Below, piece by piece: positions 56,745 to 64,000 of a stretch of 64,000 nt of DNA. The number at the start of each line of letters is the position of its first letter. The stretch's first letter is position 1. The position numbers and the translations under genes were made by a program. The notes below the pieces were generated by a model that did no database searches, was not told the origin of the DNA, and saw nothing but the letters and a program-made list of their open reading frames with translations. This DNA is from a virus (lineage: Duplodnaviria > Heunggongvirae > Uroviricota > Caudoviricetes). Location of the stretch: the IMG/VR virus record IMGVR_UViG_3300044878_000136, positions 189,232 through 253,231 of that record; one strand, 5' to 3'.

Positions 56745-58235
56745 TTAGCCCTCCAATTCAACAGAATAATCTTCCCCTTCCTCAAGTCTAGCGTTGATGG
56801 TCGACAATACCGGAGCCGGGATCATCGCATGGTCGCTCACCTGGAACGGAACGTCCAAGTCCATGATACCAGTGCTAGGTGCCATCCGATCAAATGCGCG
56901 GGCTGTGAAGTTATCCAGCGCCAGCTGACCAGACATGTAGTCGCCGTCAAAGTCGGCGTTTGGTGCCTTGAGGCAGAGTACCGAGATACTGGTACTCAGT
57001 TGGTTCGGATCACGCTTGATGGTTCTGATGTAGAAACGCTGCGTAGAGCCGCGCTTCAGTGATGGGAATCGCGTGAATGTACACGGAATCCCTTTACCGC
57101 CTGGTGTTTCCGCGATCAGTTGATCGAAGATCCGTTCCAGTTTGTGGTGAGTCCGGAGAACGTTGTCGTAGATGAGGGTGAAGATCTCGTTAGGAGTATA
57201 ACCTTCTCTACGTAATTTGTTCGCGATGTGAAGTTTTAACGTTAAGACCGCAGTGCCCCAAGGAATGTCGAGTTCTTCGTGGTTATGCGGCGTGTGTTTG
57301 GAAGTGATCACCGTCCGGAAAGTCCAGTGCGGATCAACCCCGTAGGCCAGTTTGCGGAAGATCCCCTTCTTCGGGAAGATCTTGTTCTTTTCGTTCTCCT
57401 GATAGTACATCGTCAGGTTAGCCAGAGATCGAGCCACGCGGGACTCTACTTGGGCCATGGAACGTTTGCGCGCACGTTCAGTGTTCGCAATGGACAGCAA
57501 TGCGTTTAACGCAGGAGCCATCTTCGGGTCTGCGTAGATTCGTTCCCCTACGGTTTCCAGAATGAACCCGATCTTACTCGGGAATGGCAGGTATTTGCAG
57601 AACACTTTGTTGCGGATGTACTCGATGTAGCGGAGCATTTCCTTCCCTTCTTTATCAGGGAAGAATGTCCGTGTGCGGCATAAAGCAGTAATGATGTCGT
57701 CAAAGTTGTCATGGAACGAGGTCAGACCACGCTTGAACCCCATACGGGTTACGACAGCTTCAACGGGACAGTCCTCTTTCAAGGCCTGATAAGACGGGTC
57801 CAAGAACCAATCCAGTGCAGAGAATCCATTCTTTAACAGCTTCTTACGGAGCTGCGTATAAACGGTGAGGTTGAGGAACCCAGGGATTCCTTCCGGTACG
57901 CGCACCCAGACCAGAGGTTCAATACTCTGCTCAGTAACGGGTAGGCATTCAAAACCACAGTTCGGACACCGGCGATGAACCAGGTGACCACCTTTTGTCT
58001 CGCGACAGGGGCACGAGGGAACGTTAGAGAACACGTCACCATCGTAGCTACTGTACACCAGACGGTTAAACCGGACTCGACCTTCTTCCGTCGACAGGTC
58101 AATGTCGTTTGCCAACACTGGCTCGGTACCCAAACGGCGAAACAGATCGTCGTAATCCACGATGACTGGATAGATGCCCTTACGTCCGATGTACCGGAAT
58201 CGGGGCTCTGTAATATCGCCTGTAATGAGTTCCAT
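56745..58235 (-). CDS. non-virion RNA polymerase beta' subunit, N-terminal catalytic part (gp55-like)
   Basis: N-terminal zinc finger (CPC...CPNC), R.VIT, and the catalytic NADFDGD motif. Confidence 0.92.
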   Translation of the reverse strand: MELITGDITEPRFRYIGRKGIYPVIVDYDDLFRRLGTEPVLANDIDLSTEEGRVRFNRLVYSSYDGDVFSNVPSCPCRETKGGHLVHRRCPNCGFECLPVTEQSIEPLVWVRVPEGIPGFLNLTVYTQLRKKLLKNGFSALDWFLDPSYQALKEDCPVEAVVTRMGFKRGLTSFHDNFDDIITALCRTRTFFPDKEGKEMLRYIEYIRNKVFCKYLPFPSKIGFILETVGERIYADPKMAPALNALLSIANTERARKRSMAQVESRVARSLANLTMYYQENEKNKIFPKKGIFRKLAYGVDPHWTFRTVITSKHTPHNHEELDIPWGTAVLTLKLHIANKLRREGYTPNEIFTLIYDNVLRTHHKLERIFDQLIAETPGGKGIPCTFTRFPSLKRGSTQRFYIRTIKRDPNQLSTSISVLCLKAPNADFDGDYMSGQLALDNFTARAFDRMAPSTGIMDLDVPFQVSDHAMIPAPVLSTINARLEEGEDYSVELEG

Positions 58236-58271
58236 ACTACTCTCCGGTGGGACATAAATAAAAAATAGAAA

Positions 58272-58291
58272 CGGAGGGGTTTCCCCCTCCG
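58272..58291 (-). terminator. terminator after the chimallin gene
   Basis: CGGAGGGG-tttc-CCCCTCCG, followed on the minus strand by TTTCTATTTTTTATTTATG. Confidence 0.8.
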
Positions 58292-58320
58292 CTCCAGGTT
58301 TACGCTACTACCAGTACAAC

Positions 58321-60300
58321 TTAGTAGTAGTTACCACCGCTGTACGGACGGCGACGGCGGTCGGCGCTGTCGTCGGAACGGGTACGGCGAGTACGGCCGA
58401 TTTCGCTGGTAGCGTAGCGGCTGTAGCCATCGTGACCGATCGAACGGCGGGTCGACAGACCATCGTTGGACGAAACGTGCGGAGACATCTTCGCACCATC
58501 CAGCGCGTCTTGCAGAGCGATCAGGTAGTTCAGGTCGAACGCCAGTTGCTCGGCAGTGCCGGTAACGTGCAGACCAGGAACCACTTTACGCAGGATCGCG
58601 TAACGCTCAGCCAGGTTGAACTCGATCGAACGACGGGTGTCTTCGAAAGTAGCCTGGAAGTCCTGTACCAGGTCCAGGTTCTTCTCGCCAACACGGGTCA
58701 GCAACGCAGGGACGTTCCATTCACGGATGTCACGGCGGTTCTGGTTGTCGTCCAGCCAGGTGCCCAGCAGGGTGCGGCTACCGGTGGTGTACACCGGACG
58801 GTAGTCGTTACCCAGGTTACGTTTGGCCAGCGCGTCGCTGAAGCGATTGCCGGTCAGTACGTCAGCCGAAGCGTGCAGCAGGTCGATCAAGTCGTCCAGC
58901 TCGGAACCAGGCTCTGCGATCGCGATGCGCTCGTAGATGCTCAGTACCCAGGACTTCTCGCCCGAGGATGGAACGGTCATGCCGAACGCCACATCTGGCT
59001 TGACGGTCAGGTCGAGGTAATCGGCCAGATCGTTGTCGCTGATGTTCGGACCGATGTCCTTGGCGACGCATGCGCTTTCTTCGTCCGGGTTCATCAGGAA
59101 CAGATGACCCAGGGAAGTCAGCGGCTTCAGACCTTCAGCCATGGTGCTACGTGGACGCAACATGGTAGCCCAACGGTAGTCGTTGGACTGCTGTACCGCT
59201 TGGGCGATCAGCAGCTGTGCCAGCTCGAGGCTGTACGGGAAGTCACCCGAACCAACGGCGTTGATGTTCAACACTGCTTGCCAGAACGGAGCTTCCAGAT
59301 CGCGACCACGGCGGCGACGACCACCGAAACGACGCTGTTGGCTTTCGCCGTCTTCGTCGTAGGAGACGAACAGGTCCAGGCCGCAACGGATGTCACCCAT
59401 CTTGGTCCGGCTGAACAGGTTGTCTTCGCCGTTAGGCTCGCTGTAGTACAGGTTGGTCGTTACGTCCGAACGAACTGGCAGACCACTGGTGTCAGTGATT
59501 TGCTTGCCGCTGTAATCGAATGCAACTTCCAGACGGCTGCCCTTGCCCATTTTGTCCGGGCTAACACGGAACTGCGAACTGCGGCTGCCCGACTTGGCGT
59601 CGATCATGTTCTCGCGGAAACCGCAGATTGCCTCAAAGGCATTGTCGTAGATGTGAGCAACGATCTGCTCCATCTCTTTCTCGGTGCGGTGAGTGAAGGT
59701 GTCAGCCAGGATGACCTGATTGCCAACTACACGCGCCACGCCGCCGCAGGCCGCCGAAGCCTGATCACGTACGATGTTGATGTACGTTTCAGTCAGGTGG
59801 TCCTCAGGGAGAACCAGGGCATCGAACGTATCGCCACGCTCTACCAGCGGACGGGTTTGTACATCGCCGGATTGCTCGATCAGCAGGATGTAGGCCAGAG
59901 CGTAACGCTCAGCGCCGATGGTTGCTGGCAGAACGACGATCAGGCTGGACTGCGAAGAACGCGCCAAGCTGCCATCCATTGGGATGACCTTGAACTTCTC
60001 GCGTTTGGTTTCGGCAGGAACGCCTGGCTTGTCGTAGGTCTTGGCGTTTTCGAACGTGTTGACCAGCAGGGACAGAACCGCATCGCTCAGGCCGCCCATG
60101 GAAGGACGGGCTTGCAGACGCGACATGTCGGCGAAGGTCACTTGGCTTTCGCGATCACTACGATCACGGTCACGGCCACGGCTGCCACGGTCATCACGGG
60201 TATCACGCTCGTCGCGGCTGCGGTCTTCACGCAGTTCGGCACGGGTGTCTTCGCGACGTGGTTCCGAGGCAGGGGCGTCAGTTACAAAAGTATCGCTCAT
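58321..60300 (-). CDS. chmA: chimallin (phage nuclear shell protein)
   Basis: 659 aa, very biased codons, disordered N- and C-terminal tails, located between the DNA polymerase region and nvRNAP beta' N, the invariant position of phiKZ gp54. Confidence 0.8.
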   Translation of the reverse strand: MSDTFVTDAPASEPRREDTRAELREDRSRDERDTRDDRGSRGRDRDRSDRESQVTFADMSRLQARPSMGGLSDAVLSLLVNTFENAKTYDKPGVPAETKREKFKVIPMDGSLARSSQSSLIVVLPATIGAERYALAYILLIEQSGDVQTRPLVERGDTFDALVLPEDHLTETYINIVRDQASAACGGVARVVGNQVILADTFTHRTEKEMEQIVAHIYDNAFEAICGFRENMIDAKSGSRSSQFRVSPDKMGKGSRLEVAFDYSGKQITDTSGLPVRSDVTTNLYYSEPNGEDNLFSRTKMGDIRCGLDLFVSYDEDGESQQRRFGGRRRRGRDLEAPFWQAVLNINAVGSGDFPYSLELAQLLIAQAVQQSNDYRWATMLRPRSTMAEGLKPLTSLGHLFLMNPDEESACVAKDIGPNISDNDLADYLDLTVKPDVAFGMTVPSSGEKSWVLSIYERIAIAEPGSELDDLIDLLHASADVLTGNRFSDALAKRNLGNDYRPVYTTGSRTLLGTWLDDNQNRRDIREWNVPALLTRVGEKNLDLVQDFQATFEDTRRSIEFNLAERYAILRKVVPGLHVTGTAEQLAFDLNYLIALQDALDGAKMSPHVSSNDGLSTRRSIGHDGYSRYATSEIGRTRRTRSDDSADRRRRPYSGGNYY

Positions 60301-60489
60301 GTTGCATCTCCAGATGTGTATACACGTTTTATTAGCGAGTGGGACTATTCCCAGAATTCAGTACGATTCCTTCGTATCGCTATAGAAGGTTCCCAGGGGT
60401 GGATTCTACCGTCGTAGACCACTGGGCCTACTTGTCCGTTGTACTAGCGGACTGCGGGTTAACAACAGTTGCGGTCTGTGTCACTAGAA
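60301..60489 (-). other. long structured 5' leader of the chimallin gene
   Basis: Several hairpins and a three-way junction lie between the promoter motif and the GGAG SD. Confidence 0.5.
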
Positions 60490-60512
60490 TAATGTAGGTC
60501 TGTGAATTTTTA
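60490..60512 (-). promoter_or_regulatory. phage promoter motif upstream of chimallin
   Basis: The minus strand reads TAAAAATTCACAGACCTACATTA. Confidence 0.7.
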
Positions 60513-60640
60513 CAACGAGATCCTTCATTCCTAGCTAAACGTTTGCGTACGCGGCCTAGACGCTTGCCCGGCTGTGACACCAGGCTAGTTATTTTACATA
60601 CTATACATACAGGTATGTAATTTTTTACATCATTCAATGG

Positions 60641-61726
60641 ATGTCTGAAATGCTCACGAGTTTTAACCGAACTAACGCATTCGATAACAGTCCGTTTCAG
60701 TACGCCCGAATGACCTATCTCCAGGGTCGGGTTGCTGAGAACCTCAAGAAGTACACGGACCTCCGCCAAACCATCTCTGGTCGACTGAATTCCTCACACC
60801 TCCTCATGAAGCTCCTAGCCACCCTGACCACAGAGTTCCGCGGTGACCTGGTAAGCTACATCGATCGCGTCACGTCTGATTGCGAACGAATCTGTGGAAC
60901 GCTTGGCATCACTTCTGCCTATAGCCGTGGACGTGTCCATAAGGAGGGACACTTCTACGACAACTGCCCAGAGATCATCACCTTCGTCCGGTCTGAGAAC
61001 TGGAACTGGATGGACCTCTGGAAAGACTGGCGTGCTGTATCTGCCATCGAGGTGTTGGAGCACCCCGTTACTGAACTGACCGTCTACGAGTTGGGCGTCA
61101 TGAACGAAGCCCGTACCTCGAAGCGGGGACTTGCGGTGGTAAACATCGACATCCCACTTCTGGCGTGCCAGTGGCGGATGTGGAAAGCCGCTAACCCCTT
61201 CGATGGCAATGAAGCATTCATCACCTCTGTGCTACTCCCAGGGATGATGAAGAGTCATCTGGATCAGGTGATGTTCAACAAGATGCTGGTCAAGTGCGGC
61301 CTCCGTAAGGAATGTACCGTCAAGACCAACCTCCTGTTCGCTCAGACCCCTACTGACACGCATGCAGACGAAATCATTGAGGATGCCCACAGTAAGATCT
61401 TATCGCGCCGTATGACGGCCAACCAGATCCTTGCAAGCATTCCCACTCTTTATAGCCAGGATGCACTGGAAGCAGGGGCGTTCCCTAACGCTACCCCGAC
61501 CCACCAGATCCTTTGGGCGATTATCACCCAGAAGGAATCACGGGCAGCATTGGCCATCCACTTTGCGGATATCCAAGGGGAAGACAAGATGCTCCCCACC
61601 ATGATCCAACTCCGTCGTACCGTTATCCGGGCCGAACAGGACAAGATCTTCAGCGCTGGCCAGACGGCGGCTGACGCTGCATGGTTGGAAGATCGGTTTG
61701 TGCGTTACGTTTCTTCGAAGCTATAA
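60641..61726 (+). CDS. conserved protein divergent from chimallin (gp52/53-like)
   Basis: 361-aa ORF with TATG in the upstream AT-rich region; synteny. Confidence 0.65.
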   Translation: MSEMLTSFNRTNAFDNSPFQYARMTYLQGRVAENLKKYTDLRQTISGRLNSSHLLMKLLATLTTEFRGDLVSYIDRVTSDCERICGTLGITSAYSRGRVHKEGHFYDNCPEIITFVRSENWNWMDLWKDWRAVSAIEVLEHPVTELTVYELGVMNEARTSKRGLAVVNIDIPLLACQWRMWKAANPFDGNEAFITSVLLPGMMKSHLDQVMFNKMLVKCGLRKECTVKTNLLFAQTPTDTHADEIIEDAHSKILSRRMTANQILASIPTLYSQDALEAGAFPNATPTHQILWAIITQKESRAALAIHFADIQGEDKMLPTMIQLRRTVIRAEQDKIFSAGQTAADAAWLEDRFVRYVSSKL

Positions 61727-62196
61727 ACCAGACGAGGGGGTGTAACAACCTCCTCGTTTGTGCCGTCATCGATCGACTCGCTGTAGTAGCGACCAATCCC
61801 AAGGCCAGGCGGCTTATTAGCGAACATGTCCTTAGTGGCGTTGGTGGGAATGATCAACCGCTTACGGATAGCCAGAGGATCGTGGTCCGTCCCATCGCTG
61901 GTGGGTTTGGATCTGCCGTAACTTCCGGCACGAATGCGAGTTACCAAATCGGTAAGCACATTGTCGCGGAACGTCTCGGCTAAAGCGTCGAGGGTGTGTT
62001 CGTGCGCTACCGGAAAGCGCATCGCCCCAGCAGTGCCCAATGGATCTGGATCGTTCGGGTCCAGCTCGCAGGAGAAACCCTTCCGGGCCGCGGCAATACC
62101 CGGTTCGCAAAAGAACGACCACTCTGTCCAGTCACGCAGAACCTTCCGCTTGGGAGTCAGCTCCGCCTCGATCAAACAGTCATCCATGATCACCAC
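61705..62196 (-). CDS. hypothetical protein (163 aa)
   Basis: Overlaps the upstream gene; its convergent end overlaps the plus-strand gene. Confidence 0.6.
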   Translation of the reverse strand: MVIMDDCLIEAELTPKRKVLRDWTEWSFFCEPGIAAARKGFSCELDPNDPDPLGTAGAMRFPVAHEHTLDALAETFRDNVLTDLVTRIRAGSYGRSKPTSDGTDHDPLAIRKRLIIPTNATKDMFANKPPGLGIGRYYSESIDDGTNEEVVTPPRLVYSFEET

Positions 62197-62791
62197 CTAC
62201 CGTGTAAATGTGGGTATAAGGAAAGGGAGTCGATTGCTCACCCTTCTCCCGTACTTTGGCCAACGACGCAGACAGCCGCTCATGGAGTGGCTTCATGTTA
62301 GCCAGCATGATCTCGGCTGCGTGACCTGACGCGGCCTCAAACCGTCCCAACACCCCCAGACAGGAGACCTTACGAACACCTTCCACCACTTTGTAATCCT
62401 TGGCGATGTAGTAGGCTTCGTATTCTGGGGGACTGGTGCAGATCCGACAATGGCACTTGAAGAAGTCTGTCGATATACGCATATCCGCAAACGAGAGACG
62501 TCGCCGTGGGGTGATTTCACAGTCATGGATCATCCCACGCTCTGTGAGAGCCGCCATGTAGTCAGTGAACGCCTTGTCGTCGTCCATGTAGTAGAAGTAG
62601 TATTTCACCCCTCCTATTTCACGCTCCTCCCGGCGACTGTAGTTCTTCTGGTCAGCTTCCGGGATGTCGTAGGTAATGGGACGGATTACAAACGGTAGCT
62701 TTTCTGAGGCGTCGCCGAAATGCAGGCGGTTAGGGTCAAGTCGGCCACCGGGCAGAGTTGGGTCGGACTCGTCAATGATCTTTACTGTCAT
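62180..62791 (-). CDS. hypothetical protein (203 aa)
   Basis: ATGA overlap with the polymerase stop. Confidence 0.7.
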   Translation of the reverse strand: MTVKIIDESDPTLPGGRLDPNRLHFGDASEKLPFVIRPITYDIPEADQKNYSRREEREIGGVKYYFYYMDDDKAFTDYMAALTERGMIHDCEITPRRRLSFADMRISTDFFKCHCRICTSPPEYEAYYIAKDYKVVEGVRKVSCLGVLGRFEAASGHAAEIMLANMKPLHERLSASLAKVREKGEQSTPFPYTHIYTVGGDHG

Positions 62792-64000
62792 GGTTCCAAT
62801 CCTAGGAAGTCGTACACCAGCCGCAGGTTGTTCCGATCTACCACGAACAGTCCCAGAGACTCCAGGATGCGGTAGAAGCCAGAGTTGATCTGGTAGGCCA
62901 GCTTACGCACGTTAGCGGCCTGCTGCACCTCTACAGGCAGACCATGACCACGGATGGCTTGTGTCGGCAGCAGGATGGTGTTCAGGTCCTTACGGTTGTA
63001 CTTGTCCATCCAGAGCTTCATCCGCTCAGCGAACGCTTTGTCGTCCAGACTGTCCAACCACATGGTCACAGCGGTTTTGTTGTTCAGGTCGGTGGAGAGT
63101 TTCACGCACGCGTACGGAGGTTCGCTCATTACGCCATACTTCGGCGCAAACACATCCTGCCACAGTTCGTGGTACGGCATCTTCTTGCTGTCTGGCTTGA
63201 TGTTGTCAGACTTGAGGAAGGTGTATTCCCCACGCAGGATGGACCGCACGGTATCGAGCTCATAGTTGGCAATCCGCAGGAGGAGTTCGCCAGCATTGAG
63301 TTTCTTACCTTCGTTCACTGTGTTCAGGACGTCGGACATCAGCTGTTCAGTAGCTTTCAGGATGTGTTTCTGCGAAGTCGATCCCCGCAGCTCTACACCT
63401 TTGATCTCCAACTCCAGCTCTTTATAGACGTTACCTTCCCGCATGGACATGGTCGAGTAGTAGTGCTTCGCCAGATTCGTCAGAGCGAACTGAGGGAACG
63501 CGTACTCGTTCTTCATCGCCAGACGGAAGGTCTGGGACTTCTCCACGCCAATGTTGGTGGACAGCTTGGCCAACGAGTGGGCAATGCACTGGCAGACCAT
63601 GTAAGTGGCCAGATACCAGATACGGTCCTGTTCCTCACCACGCATCAGGTTACCCGAGTACCACTCAACCCAGCCTTCGCAGGTAAAGATGGAGGAGTCG
63701 GTATCCGCTGCCAGACATACCCGACGCTGAATGGACTTCAACGAGGCTACGGTTGGCGGTAGGTGGCTAGTGGCGAAGAACAGGTTGATGAAGTCGGCGT
63801 AGTGGTTCAGACCTTCCTGGACCTTCCACGCTACTTTACCGATGGTTTGCCAGCCAGCAGGGTCATTGGCCTTTACCCGGTCATAGGTCGAACCACGCAG
63901 GATCGTGGCGCACAGGGCGTTCACGTAAGCCAGATCGGTAGGATCCATGCCCTTGATCACGTCATCGGTGACCACTTCCGGTACATCGCTGATGTCGATC
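62788..64000 (-). CDS. family B DNA polymerase, catalytic subunit, C-terminal part (phiKZ gp50-like; 5' end outside the window)
   Basis: ADTDS (motif C), KNEY, K.Y and IKGVE motifs. The frame stays open to the window end, so GTG 63975 is internal. Confidence 0.92.
   Translation of the reverse strand, partial: IDISDVPEVVTDDVIKGMDPTDLAYVNALCATILRGSTYDRVKANDPAGWQTIGKVAWKVQEGLNHYADFINLFFATSHLPPTVASLKSIQRRVCLAADTDSSIFTCEGWVEWYSGNLMRGEEQDRIWYLATYMVCQCIAHSLAKLSTNIGVEKSQTFRLAMKNEYAFPQFALTNLAKHYYSTMSMREGNVYKELELEIKGVELRGSTSQKHILKATEQLMSDVLNTVNEGKKLNAGELLLRIANYELDTVRSILRGEYTFLKSDNIKPDSKKMPYHELWQDVFAPKYGVMSEPPYACVKLSTDLNNKTAVTMWLDSLDDKAFAERMKLWMDKYNRKDLNTILLPTQAIRGHGLPVEVQQAANVRKLAYQINSGFYRILESLGLFVVDRNNLRLVYDFLGLEP

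Noticed and set aside
41947-58235. Group I introns in nvRNAP subunit genes, as in phiKZ gp55 and gp71-73
   Set aside because: The beta' N, beta C and beta' C ORFs are uninterrupted and of the expected length; no intron or intein is evident.
60333-60382. Hammerhead ribozyme or purine riboswitch in the chimallin leader
   Set aside because: The three-way junction is present, but the linker is CUGAAUUC rather than CUGANGA, the GAAA core is missing, and the purine-aptamer consensus is absent.
96-63762. Many long antisense ORFs in the track (e.g. 96..1463, 12654..14609, 17361..18641, 22467..24032, 31149..32513, 43875..45893, 58432..60417)
   Set aside because: They are exact shadows of motif-bearing genes on the other strand. 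The strong codon bias suppresses antisense stops, and the products are V/D/H/R/Q-rich without SD sites or domains.
1-64000. tRNA, rRNA or CRISPR array
   Set aside because: I saw no cloverleaf with D/T loops, rRNA signature or repeat-spacer array in the intergenic gaps by eye. tRNAscan-SE would be needed to exclude them fully.

Overview
This window is a segment of a phiKZ-like, nucleus-forming jumbo phage (Chimalliviridae-type) genome. From right to left it holds: the 3' part of the family-B DNA polymerase (runs off the window end); a chimallin-like nuclear shell gene; the non-virion RNA polymerase and phage-nucleus block (beta' N, gp25-like, SbcD/Mre11 nuclease, ChmC-like, gp68-like sigma subunit, PicA-like, gp70-like, beta C, beta' C, SF2 helicase); a free-standing GIY-YIG homing endonuclease; a virion RNAP beta' subunit; the separately encoded polymerase exonuclease subunit; a long head, inner-body and baseplate block; and an accessory region at 1-9 kb (macrodomain, GNAT, ATP-grasp, two displaced head-protein paralogs). 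phiKZ gp-number assignments rest on recalled motifs and gene order, not on database searches. The most notable observations are: (1) the homing endonuclease is flanked by a synonymously recoded duplicate of the helicase C-terminus; (2) the ChmC-like protein ends in a bacterial SSB-type tip (DSFDDDIPF); (3) the chimallin gene has a structured leader of about 185 nt; (4) RDERD-containing tails are shared by the chimallin, PicA-like and gp70-like proteins; (5) a recurring GCATA-hairpin-TATGC element lies between genes; (6) an ATP-grasp/GNAT/macrodomain cassette sits in the accessory region. I recognised no tRNA, rRNA or CRISPR array.
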